Below are positions 24,957 through 33,600 of a DNA stretch of 64,000 nucleotides, piece by piece (position 1 is the first letter of the stretch; each line of letters opens with the position of its first letter). Source of the stretch: Gemmatimonadota bacterium (GTDB lineage Bacteria > Gemmatimonadota > Gemmatimonadetes > Gemmatimonadales > GWC2-71-9); the NCBI GenBank assembly GCA_039588295.1, contig JBDHAB010000007.1:10829-74828 (forward strand), given 5' to 3'. The notes under the pieces were generated by a model. That model saw only the letters and a list, made by a program, of their open reading frames with translations. It made no database searches and was not told where the DNA came from. The translations under genes were made by a program, and so were the position numbers.

Positions 24957-26078
24957 TCAATCCATGAACACCCGGGTGACTGCGCGCCGCAATTCCCCCA
25001 GCGCGGCCCGTAACTCCGATTGTTCGTTGCCGTAGCCCAAGCGCAAGTGATGCGGCAGCCCGAAATGGTCCCCGGGGACGACGAGGATATCGTGCTCGGC
25101 ACGGATCCGTTCCACGACCTCGAGTGCACCGAGAGGACTACGGTACCGGACGAGGCAAATGGCGCCGCACTCCGGTGTGTGCCAGTCGAATAGATCGCCA
25201 AAACCGGCGAGCCATTCTTCGAGCAACGGGAGGTTCTCATTGAGGATCGACCGAGTGCGATCGAGGATGCGTGTCCGTGCGCGAACGGCGAGCGTCGCCA
25301 GGTGGTCGGTTCCTGGACTGGGCCCGATCACCGTGTAGTCATGGCGCTGGAGCACCCGCTGCTTGAACTCGGGGGACGACACGATCCAGCCGATCCGCAG
25401 GCCTGGCAGACCGTAGGCCTTCGACAGGCCGTTCACGATGATCACTCGGTCGCCGGCTCCCCAGTGGGATCGGCTCTCTCGGCCGTCGAGTTCCGCGCCC
25501 TGATACACCTCGTCCGCCAACAGCCAGGCGCCAACGTCGCGTGTCCTGGTGACGATCGCCTCGCGCGCCGTATCCGAGAGCACATGTCCGGTCGGATTGT
25601 TGGGATTTGTGACCACGACCAGCTTCGTCCCGGGACTGATGGCGCGCTCGACCTGATTGGGATCGGGCTCCCACCCGAGCTGGGGTCGCAGCGGAATCTC
25701 CGAGACGGTCGCGCCGAAGTTCCGGACGAGACCATGCGTCTGCATGTACGTCGGTGTGACCACGGCAACATGGTCGCCCGGCTGCACCAGCGTCCAACAT
25801 GTGATGAAGTTCGCCTCGGAGCTGCCAATGGTGACGGTCACGTCGTCAGGGCTGGCTCCCGCATAGAGGTCGGCGATGGCGCTCCGTAACTCGGTCGAGC
25901 CGTCGGAGTAGTTGTAGCCCATGGGCACCGCCATGAGCTCCGTGGTGCTGCCACCCGACAGGTTCACGAGCTCGGCGATGGACAACGGGTGCACGCCGCT
26001 TTCCGAGAGATTGAAGCGGACGCGCTTCTCCCAGGTGCTTTGCCACCGTTCGAGATCGAATGGGATGAACGTCATCAC
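24957..26078 (-). CDS. Class I/II PLP-dependent aminotransferase
   Basis: NPNNPTG motif, SKAYGLPGLRIGW (PLP lysine), and a C-terminal HLRLGY pattern. Confidence 0.85.
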   Translation of the reverse strand: MMTFIPFDLERWQSTWEKRVRFNLSESGVHPLSIAELVNLSGGSTTELMAVPMGYNYSDGSTELRSAIADLYAGASPDDVTVTIGSSEANFITCWTLVQPGDHVAVVTPTYMQTHGLVRNFGATVSEIPLRPQLGWEPDPNQVERAISPGTKLVVVTNPNNPTGHVLSDTAREAIVTRTRDVGAWLLADEVYQGAELDGRESRSHWGAGDRVIIVNGLSKAYGLPGLRIGWIVSSPEFKQRVLQRHDYTVIGPSPGTDHLATLAVRARTRILDRTRSILNENLPLLEEWLAGFGDLFDWHTPECGAICLVRYRSPLGALEVVERIRAEHDILVVPGDHFGLPHHLRLGYGNEQSELRAALGELRRAVTRVFMD

Positions 26079-26154
26079 AGAGAAGATATACGACTGCCTC
26101 CCCCGGGGAATCCGACCGGGGGAGGCAGTGCCGGCAGCATCGTGGCGTTGGCTG

Positions 26155-27225
26155 CTAGCCTTTGATGATCGTCACGTCACCGGAGCCGGTGTCGACGAGC
26201 AGCCTGGCCCCGCCATTGCCGATGACGCCCGTAACGTGTGTGCGGTCCCACTGTCGCATTTGCACCGGGAAATCGACTTGGATGCCGCCGCTGCCCGTGT
26301 CGATCTCGAGCTCGGCTTCAAAGGTCTCCGGGACGGTCAGCGTTACGTCACCGGACCCCGTATCGATCTCGATGTCTCGCGGGTCGCCGGTCAACACGAG
26401 GTCCACAGACCCGCTCCCGGTGTCGATGACAACGTCGCGGGCCGTTGCGCCGTCCACGTCCACATCACCCGAACCGGTATCGATCTCCAGCGTCGCCACC
26501 GAAACGTTGTCGGCCGTCACCTCACCGGAGCCGGTATCGATGCGCAGCAGGTCGCCTCTGACTCCGTGGACATCGACTTCTCCCGAACCGGTGTCGATAT
26601 CGACGTCGCCTTCGGCGTCGCTCACGTCGACCTCGCCGGACCCGACGTCGATCACGAGCCGGCCGCTGGTTCCGGCTGTCGTGACCGGCGCGCTGTGCGT
26701 GTCGAGCCGCAGATCGCCGTTCACGTTCGACACCGACACCTCGCCGACGGCGAGGTACATCGCAAACGACTTGCCGGCTGGGACTCGCACCCGCAGGTCC
26801 GCAAATGCCTCGAGACCGTCGCCCGATCCCGAGATCCGGATGCGACGCCCCGCTTCGCGTCGTCTGCGGTCGTACTCGTCGCTGAAGGTTCCGTCGTCCC
26901 GCACTCGCAGCTCGGTGGAGCCATGGTCGTAGTCGCCGAACACGATGCGGTCACCCGGATAGACCACGCGAAGGGTCATCCAGTCACCGATCGGCCCCCG
27001 TTCGATCTGGAGCTGCTCGGCGTCGGGCCCACCGCGCCGGACCTCCACGACGACGTTCGACCCGCTGCCGGGCTCCACGGTCACGTCGCCGGCGAGGTTG
27101 TAGACCGCAACCCGACTCCCCGAGAGCTGGTACTGGTCTTGCTGCTGCAGTGGCTCACCGGGCCGGTGCAGGGTCCATGCCCCGCCGACCGCGATCATCG
27201 CAGCGAGCGCCAAGCTGGTTCTCAT
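26155..27225 (-). CDS. DUF4097-type beta-helical repeat protein (putative adhesin-like), secreted
   Basis: Signal peptide after ATG 27225 (MRTSLALAAMIAVGGAW). The C-terminal half consists of repeated (I/V)DTGSG(D/E)V units. Confidence 0.7.
   Translation of the reverse strand: MRTSLALAAMIAVGGAWTLHRPGEPLQQQDQYQLSGSRVAVYNLAGDVTVEPGSGSNVVVEVRRGGPDAEQLQIERGPIGDWMTLRVVYPGDRIVFGDYDHGSTELRVRDDGTFSDEYDRRRREAGRRIRISGSGDGLEAFADLRVRVPAGKSFAMYLAVGEVSVSNVNGDLRLDTHSAPVTTAGTSGRLVIDVGSGEVDVSDAEGDVDIDTGSGEVDVHGVRGDLLRIDTGSGEVTADNVSVATLEIDTGSGDVDVDGATARDVVIDTGSGSVDLVLTGDPRDIEIDTGSGDVTLTVPETFEAELEIDTGSGGIQVDFPVQMRQWDRTHVTGVIGNGGARLLVDTGSGDVTIIKG
26170..26655 (-). repeat. Eight in-frame coding repeats of the D(T/V)GSG(D/E/S/G)(V/I) unit, period 18-21 aa
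   Basis: GSG cores at residues 221, 239, 258, 277, 296, 317, 337 and 373 of the listed 382-aa ORF. These are coding beta-helix rungs, not a nucleotide-identical tandem array. Confidence 0.8.
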
Positions 27226-27363
27226 TTGCTCTCTCCGTAAGTGAAATGGCTTGCCGTGATGCCGAGCGGTTAGATACCGAACCCTACGGAAACGTTGAAA
27301 CACCCGTTTCAGACGCCGGCGGTCGACCTGCCACGGCCGCGGTGGCCCCGGGGGGCGGCGCTG

Positions 27364-28254
27364 TCAGGGCGTCGCGGGGGGGATGGTGTGGGGGAGCGCG
27401 CCGGCCGCCGGTCTGCCTTCGACACGGTTGTCGTAGTAGCGGAGCGTCGGGTAGGCGAAGTCGATGTCGTCGCACTGGCTGAACGCTTCCAACACGTCCT
27501 CCCAGATCGCTTCCGACGAGCTCCGACGCTTTCGTGGCTCGCACAGGTACCGAATGGTGAGCAGGACACCGCTGTCGGCGACGCTGGTGTACACGATGGG
27601 GGTGAGGGCCGCATAGAAGATCATGAAGCGACGCGCGGTCTCCTTGATCCGCTGCTCGGCCGGCTTGGTGAGATGCGCGGCATGCTTTTGCGCGATGGTG
27701 CCCATCAGCTCCTTTGCACGACGCCAATTGCTCTCGAACGTGACCAGCACCGGCAACTCGTTCCAGATATGCTGGAATCCCTTGCTGTAGTTCGCGAGGA
27801 CCTCGGTGAGCACCGAGCCGTTGGGCACGTGAATCACGCGGCCGGTGCTTTGGTCGGCATCCACCCAGTTGCCGATCTCGAGCAGCGAGAACTGAAAGAT
27901 CCGGATATCGATCACATCGCCGGCATGCGGACCGATCTGGATGCGATCGCCGACCTCGAACGGGCGGCGCCAGAGAATGAATGCCCACCCTGCCAAGTTG
28001 ACGAGCAGATCCTTGAGCGCGATCGCAATACCAGCGGAAACCAGGCCGAGGAACGTCGCAATCGGACCGATGCCCTCGAACCAGAAGCGGCCGACGATCA
28101 GGATCCCGACCGGCACGACGATGTACGAGGTGGTCTTCTGCCAGCGGTAGCGAGCCCGCACGTCCTCCACTCGGCGCCAGACGATCGCCAAGACGATGCG
28201 GCGCAGCGCCCAGAGTACGAGAATCGCGACGAGGGACTGGGTAATCCGGTCCAT
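27364..28254 (-). CDS. Small-conductance mechanosensitive channel (MscS family)
   Basis: Three N-terminal TM helices after ATG 28254. Pore-helix/beta-domain motif AFILWRRPFEVGDRIQIG...GDVIDIRIF. Confidence 0.8.
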   Translation of the reverse strand: MDRITQSLVAILVLWALRRIVLAIVWRRVEDVRARYRWQKTTSYIVVPVGILIVGRFWFEGIGPIATFLGLVSAGIAIALKDLLVNLAGWAFILWRRPFEVGDRIQIGPHAGDVIDIRIFQFSLLEIGNWVDADQSTGRVIHVPNGSVLTEVLANYSKGFQHIWNELPVLVTFESNWRRAKELMGTIAQKHAAHLTKPAEQRIKETARRFMIFYAALTPIVYTSVADSGVLLTIRYLCEPRKRRSSSEAIWEDVLEAFSQCDDIDFAYPTLRYYDNRVEGRPAAGALPHTIPPATP

Positions 28255-28265
28255 GGTCGGGTCGC

Positions 28266-28913
28266 TTATCCCGAGCGTTTCCTGGAGCCAACCGATTCTT
28301 CGATCCAATGGTCCGGCGCATGCGGTTCCAGGATTTGGCGCGAAAAGGGTCCCCAGAGCACGGCGGCGGTCGCGACGCCCGCGGCCCGCCCTGCCGTGAG
28401 ATCGTGGGGGGAGTCTCCGACGAACACGGTGTGCGTCGGATCGGCGTCCATCAAGGTGAGTGCCCGGGTCACGGGCTCGGGGTCGGGCTTGTGACGCTGC
28501 ACGTCGTCGGCGCACACGAGGGTCGCGAACAACCCATCGTAGCCACAATGCGTGAGTCCGCGCAGAGTGGCGGCGCGTGTCTTGCTCGTGACGATGCCCA
28601 GCGGTACGTCCCGCCGGCTCAGCTCCCGCACCGACTCCAACACACCAGGGTACTCGCGCACGAGAGCATCGTGATGGGCGAGATTGTGCTCGCGGTACGT
28701 CTGCACCATCGCGGCGATCTCCTCCCGGTCCTCGGTGAACTTGCGGAACTGTGTCCAGAGGGGCGTCCCCAGGCCGGCCAACCAGACGTCGTCGGGCGGG
28801 GTGGTGCCGCGATGCACCTCGAGGGTATGGCGATAGGAGCGGAGGATGAGCTCGACGGAATCGATCAGCGTGCCGTCGAGATCGAAGAGGACCGTAGTGG
28901 CGTCGCGTCGCAT
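28266..28913 (-). CDS. HAD-superfamily phosphatase (PGP/PpaX-like)
   Basis: VLFDLDGTLIDS (motif I), VTSK (motif II), and GDSPHDLTAGRAAG (motif IV). Confidence 0.8.
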   Translation of the reverse strand: MRRDATTVLFDLDGTLIDSVELILRSYRHTLEVHRGTTPPDDVWLAGLGTPLWTQFRKFTEDREEIAAMVQTYREHNLAHHDALVREYPGVLESVRELSRRDVPLGIVTSKTRAATLRGLTHCGYDGLFATLVCADDVQRHKPDPEPVTRALTLMDADPTHTVFVGDSPHDLTAGRAAGVATAAVLWGPFSRQILEPHAPDHWIEESVGSRKRSG

Positions 28914-29044
28914 GGGCGGCAATATAACCACCGCCTTCCGGTCGCCGCCCGGCGCGCCCCCCCCCGCACGGGACGCCCTCCTCTGCTATCTTAAGTGCTT
29001 GGCCACTACCTGCTCACGAGTCCCTGGGGTCTTGAGAGATTGTC

Positions 29045-31723
29045 ATGAGGTCGCCTGAGGGTGTCCAACGAAGGTCGCTGACCATCGCCGGGTGCGTCGT
29101 GCTCGGCATCCTGGTCGGGAGCGCCGGGCACCTCGCCGCGCAGGAGGCAGCAGCCGCGCGGGTCAATGGCGAGGAGCCGGTCGTCGACGGCCGGTTGGAG
29201 GATCCGACCTGGCGGTACGCGATTCCCGTCGCCGACTTCTTGCAGCGCAACCCCGTCGAGGGTGCCGTCCCCAGCGAGTCGACGGAGGTGCGGTTCGCCT
29301 ACACGGACCACGACCTGTACGTGGCCTTCCGCGGCTTCGACCGCCAACCCGACCGGGTGTACGGCCGTCTCGTGCGCCGCGATCAACGCGCCTCGTCCGA
29401 CGACTTCAGCCTGTTTCTCGATTCCTATCACGACAAGCGAACGGCGTTCGAGTTTACCATCAACCCGTCCGGCGCGCGTCGGGATGTGCTCATTTACGAC
29501 GACGGCTTTGGGCGGGACGATTCTTGGGATCCGGTCTTCGACTGGGCGACGCGACGAGACTCGCTCGGGTGGACGGTGGAGATGCGGATCCCGTTCTCGC
29601 AGCTGCGTTTTTCGCGCCGGGATTCGCTGGTGTTCGGACTGCGGGTGCGGCGGAGCATCAACCGGCGGAATGAGGAGCTCAACTGGCCGTTCTTCCCGCG
29701 CGACCAGGCGGGCGAGGTCTCGCACTACGGCACGCTGGTGGGGCTCGTGGACGTGCCGCGGCCACAACGCCTCGAGCTGCTGCCGTACGTGGCCGGCAGC
29801 TCCAGCTTCGAGCCCTCGGAGGAGGGAAATCCGTTTGCCACGGGCCGCAACTCGAGCGGGCGCATCGGCGCCGATCTGAAGCTCGGCGTGACGAGTGGGC
29901 TCACGCTCGATCTCACGGCGAACCCCGATTTCGGACAAGTCGAAGCGGACGCCGCCGTCGTCAATCTTTCCGAATTCGAAAGCTTCTTCCCGGAGAAGCG
30001 TCCGTTCTTCGTCGAAGGAATAAACCTGTTCCAGTTCGGCCTCGCGCCGTCGGAGCGGCGCGGGTTTGGTGGCGGGGGAGGGCGCGGCGGCGAGGAAGGG
30101 CTGGTGTACACCCGCCGGATCGGCCGGGCACCGCAGGTCTCGGCGGATGACGACGAGGGATACGCGGAGGAGATTGGTCAGACCACCATCCTGAGTGCCG
30201 CCAAGCTCAGCGGCCAAGTCGGCAGCGGGTGGTCGGTGGGACTCGCCCAGGCGGTGACCGCAAAGCAGCAGGCGGACATCGTCGACGCGGCTGGCGTCCC
30301 CGGTCAGTCGCCCGTCGAGCCGCTCACCAGCTACACGGTGTTGCGGGCTGAGCGCTCCCTGAGGAACGGCCGCCTCGCCTATGGCGCGATCGCCACGGGC
30401 ACCGTGCGGCACCTGGATGAGTTGGCATTCGACGAGCTCCACTCGCGGGCGTTTACTGCCGGCCTCGATGTAGGCGGCCGCTTTGGGGGCGACGGCTATG
30501 AGTTCGCCCTCGCGCTCATGGGCTCGCGCGTCGAGGGATCCGAGGAAGCGATCCTGGAGACGCAGGAGCGCTCCGCCCGGTACTTCCAGCGGCCCGATCA
30601 GACCCACATGCGCGTCGATTCATCGCGGACGTCGCTCTCCGGGCTCGCGGCGTACGCGCGGCTCGCCAAGCCCGTTGGCTTCGTGACTTGGCGCGCGCAG
30701 GTTGCGTCGCGAAGTCCTGCCTTCGAGGTGAACGACCTGGGGTTCCAGCGGCAGGCGGACGTGCACGCACAGGAGGCGGAACTCGAGGTTCGGTGGCTCG
30801 AGCCGGGTCGCGTTTTTCGGGAGTTCTCGGTGGAGCTTCAGGAGCAAGCGAACTTCACGTACGGCTGGGAACGCACTCAAACGACCCTCGAGTCCAGCGT
30901 GTCCGCAGAGTTTCTGAACTACTGGACGGTCGATGTGAACGTCGAACGCCGGTTCTCGGCCGACAACACCCGACTGCTGCGTGGCGGGCCGGCCCTAGCG
31001 GAGCCGGGCGAATGGGAGCTCCGATTGAGCGGGAGGACCGACTTCCGACGCTCGTTGTGGGCACGGGCCGGGTTTAATCACAACGCCGAAGATGCGAGTG
31101 GGGCGAAGCGCTGGGGTGTGAATGGGCAAATGCGGTGGCGCCCTCCAGGGAGCTTCTCGTTCAGTCTCGAAGGGCGCGCGAGGTGGGGGGCAACGGATCG
31201 ACAGTACGTCACGCAAGAGACACCGAACGACTCGACGTTCTATGTCCTGGGTCGCCTCAATCGCAAGGAAGCGTCCCTGACCTTGCGAGCCGATGTTGTG
31301 CTGTCCCCACATCTCTCCCTGGAGTTGTACGCCGAGCCGTTCGTGTCCGCGGGACGGTACGATGCACTGCGGTTGGCGGCGGACCCACGCGCCGATCGAT
31401 ACGCGGATCGCTTTGACCCGTTGGGTGGGGACCGAATCACCCGACCCGGCAACGAGGAGGATATCGCGGTCGACGTGGACGTGGACGGCGTGGCGGATTT
31501 CTCTTTTTCGGAGCCGGACTTCCGCGTCGTGTCACTTCGAACCAACGCGGTCCTGCGTTGGGAGTTTCGGCCCGGCTCGACCCTGTTTCTCGTGTGGCAA
31601 CAGAATCGTGGTGACGAGGTGCAGGATGCCACCCGTGGCCTGTCCGGTGGACTCGGCGACGCGTTCGGCGCACCCGGCAGCCATGTGCTGGCCGTCAAGA
31701 TCTCGTATTGGCTCGGCCTCTAG
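29045..31723 (+). CDS. Large secreted/outer-membrane protein, CBM9-like N-terminal domain plus DUF5916-like beta-barrel
   Basis: Signal peptide. N-terminal DG.L.D..W motif region; long beta-rich C-terminal part ending ...VLAVKISYWLGL. Confidence 0.65.
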   Translation: MRSPEGVQRRSLTIAGCVVLGILVGSAGHLAAQEAAAARVNGEEPVVDGRLEDPTWRYAIPVADFLQRNPVEGAVPSESTEVRFAYTDHDLYVAFRGFDRQPDRVYGRLVRRDQRASSDDFSLFLDSYHDKRTAFEFTINPSGARRDVLIYDDGFGRDDSWDPVFDWATRRDSLGWTVEMRIPFSQLRFSRRDSLVFGLRVRRSINRRNEELNWPFFPRDQAGEVSHYGTLVGLVDVPRPQRLELLPYVAGSSSFEPSEEGNPFATGRNSSGRIGADLKLGVTSGLTLDLTANPDFGQVEADAAVVNLSEFESFFPEKRPFFVEGINLFQFGLAPSERRGFGGGGGRGGEEGLVYTRRIGRAPQVSADDDEGYAEEIGQTTILSAAKLSGQVGSGWSVGLAQAVTAKQQADIVDAAGVPGQSPVEPLTSYTVLRAERSLRNGRLAYGAIATGTVRHLDELAFDELHSRAFTAGLDVGGRFGGDGYEFALALMGSRVEGSEEAILETQERSARYFQRPDQTHMRVDSSRTSLSGLAAYARLAKPVGFVTWRAQVASRSPAFEVNDLGFQRQADVHAQEAELEVRWLEPGRVFREFSVELQEQANFTYGWERTQTTLESSVSAEFLNYWTVDVNVERRFSADNTRLLRGGPALAEPGEWELRLSGRTDFRRSLWARAGFNHNAEDASGAKRWGVNGQMRWRPPGSFSFSLEGRARWGATDRQYVTQETPNDSTFYVLGRLNRKEASLTLRADVVLSPHLSLELYAEPFVSAGRYDALRLAADPRADRYADRFDPLGGDRITRPGNEEDIAVDVDVDGVADFSFSEPDFRVVSLRTNAVLRWEFRPGSTLFLVWQQNRGDEVQDATRGLSGGLGDAFGAPGSHVLAVKISYWLGL

Positions 31724-31762
31724 CTCGCCGCAGGTAACGGACCCTCACTCCGAGGTCGGACA

Positions 31763-33490
31763 ATGAATCGGAGACGGCTGCTGTTCCCCGTGCTGCTCGG
31801 CGTGCTCCTCGTATGGTCGTCGGACCACGCCGCGGCTCAGAGTCCCTCCGCCGCGGGAGCACGGGAGCAACCGTTCGATGTGCTGATTGCCGGTGGCCGC
31901 GTGATGGACGGCACGGGCAACCCCTGGCGCTATGCGGACGTCGGCATCCGTGGGGATCGCATTGTGGCGGTGGGCCGACTCCGAGGCGCCGCTTCCACCC
32001 GGGTCATCGATGCCCGCGGCAAGATCGTCACACCTGGATTTGTCGACATCCATTCACATGCTGACGGTCCGAAGTACGGATCCCAAGGGTTGCGGGCCAG
32101 CGACGAACGCCGGCGCGCCGCGCCGAATCTGGTGATGCAGGGCATCACGACCGTGGTCGTCAACCAGGACGGCCGCTCGCCGCGCTCGATCGCCGAGCAG
32201 CGGCAAACACTCGAGCGCTTGGGGATCGGCGTCAATGCTGCGCTGCTCATCGGTCACGGATCCGTTCGTGGGGAAGTGATGGGAAGCGATTATCGCCGCC
32301 CCGCAACGCGCGGGGAAGTCGACAGCATGCGGGTGCTGGTGCGGCGAGGTTTAGCGGAAGGGGCGTGGGGTCTTTCGGCGGGACTCGAGTACGTACCTGG
32401 CCGGTGGAGCACGACGGATGAGGTCGTCGCGTTGGTGAAGGAAACGGTGCCGCAGCAGGGTGTCTACATCGCGCATGAGCGAAGCGAGGGCGCCGATCCG
32501 ATGTGGTACTGGCCGAGTCAGCACGAAGGCCGGCCACCGTCGCTGGTCGATGCGGTCCGCGAGACGATCGAGATCGGTGAGCGGACGGGTGCCACCGTGG
32601 TCGCATCGCACATCAAGGCCAAGGGTGCGCACTACTGGGGCGCGAGCCGAGTGGTGATCCGTCTCATTGACGAGGCGCGCCGCCGCGGCGTGTCGGTCTA
32701 CGCCGATCAGTATCCCTACAACACGACCGGAAGTGATGGGAGCACGGTGCTGATCCCACGCTGGGTGTTCAGTCGCGAGCGCGCCGGAGAGCCGGAAGAT
32801 TATGCCGCCGCTCTTCGGGATGCCTTGTCCGTGGATTCGCTCGCGTCCATGGTCCGTTTGGATGTCGCTCACGAGATCCGGCGCCGCGGTGGACCTCAGC
32901 ACGTGGTGGTCATGGAGTACCCGATCGCGGATTGGGTGGGGCAGACCGTGGGCGACCTCGCTGCGACCCGCGGTGTCTCCGCCGTTGATATGGCCATTGT
33001 GCTGCAACTGGAGGGAGACCCCCGGCAGGCGGGAGGTGGAGCGCTCAGAGGCTTCTCGCTTTCGGAATACGACATCGAGCCGTACGCCAAACAGGAGTGG
33101 ACCGCCACGGCGACGGACGGTTGGATCAGCCTGCCGGAGGATGGGCTCACGCACGCGCGGGTCTACGGAACGTTCCCACGGAAGATCAGGCGCTACGCGA
33201 TCGAACGGGAGTTGATGACCATCGAGCAGGCAGTGCGATCCTCGACCTCGCTTCCAGCTGCGATCATGGGATTCGCCGACCGGGGCGCGCTGGTCGAGGG
33301 CCATGCGGCCGACATCGTCGTCTTCGACCCCGAATCGATCGCGGACAACGCCACGTTCTTCGACCCGCATCGCTATCCAAGCGGAATGGAGTACGTGCTG
33401 GTGAACGGACGCTTCGTGGTGGATGGCGGCGAACCCACATGGGCCCTTCCTGGGCGAGTGCTCACGCACGAGGGCAGCTTGGGGCGGTAA
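31763..33490 (+). CDS. Secreted N-acyl-D-amino-acid deacylase (D-aminoacylase family amidohydrolase)
   Basis: Signal peptide MNRRRLLFPVLLGVLLVW...AAAQ. Also DVLIAGGRVMDGTG, PGFVDIHSHAD (HxH metal motif), and the C-terminal GRV pattern of the family. Confidence 0.8.
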   Translation: MNRRRLLFPVLLGVLLVWSSDHAAAQSPSAAGAREQPFDVLIAGGRVMDGTGNPWRYADVGIRGDRIVAVGRLRGAASTRVIDARGKIVTPGFVDIHSHADGPKYGSQGLRASDERRRAAPNLVMQGITTVVVNQDGRSPRSIAEQRQTLERLGIGVNAALLIGHGSVRGEVMGSDYRRPATRGEVDSMRVLVRRGLAEGAWGLSAGLEYVPGRWSTTDEVVALVKETVPQQGVYIAHERSEGADPMWYWPSQHEGRPPSLVDAVRETIEIGERTGATVVASHIKAKGAHYWGASRVVIRLIDEARRRGVSVYADQYPYNTTGSDGSTVLIPRWVFSRERAGEPEDYAAALRDALSVDSLASMVRLDVAHEIRRRGGPQHVVVMEYPIADWVGQTVGDLAATRGVSAVDMAIVLQLEGDPRQAGGGALRGFSLSEYDIEPYAKQEWTATATDGWISLPEDGLTHARVYGTFPRKIRRYAIERELMTIEQAVRSSTSLPAAIMGFADRGALVEGHAADIVVFDPESIADNATFFDPHRYPSGMEYVLVNGRFVVDGGEPTWALPGRVLTHEGSLGR

Positions 33491-33547
33491 CGCATGAGGA
33501 CGGCCACCCCTGCGATGCTGTGCGTCGGTCGTGCAGATTCACAACCG

Positions 33548-33580
33548 GCGACGCGAGGACCGTCGCATTCTCTCTTTCTG
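33548..33580 (+). terminator. Intrinsic terminator after the D-aminoacylase gene
   Basis: GCGACG-CGAGGAC-CGTCGC hairpin followed by the T-rich ATTCTCTCTTTCTGG. Confidence 0.45.
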
Positions 33581-33600
33581 GCTTCTCCCTTGCTCCCTCT

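Noticed and set aside
26170-26655. Periodic sequence that might be mistaken for a CRISPR or tandem DNA repeat
   Set aside because: The period is about 57-63 nt, but the units are only similar at the protein level and lie inside a continuous ORF. There are no identical direct repeats with unique spacers.
25921-27240. 439-aa plus-strand ORF
   Set aside because: It lies antisense to the DUF4097 repeat gene. Its own internal periodicity merely mirrors the DTGSGDV coding repeats on the other strand.
29006-30607. 533-aa minus-strand ORF
   Set aside because: It lies antisense to the 892-aa signal-peptide protein at 29045-31723. It has an Arg/Pro/Gly-rich shadow-frame composition and no motifs.
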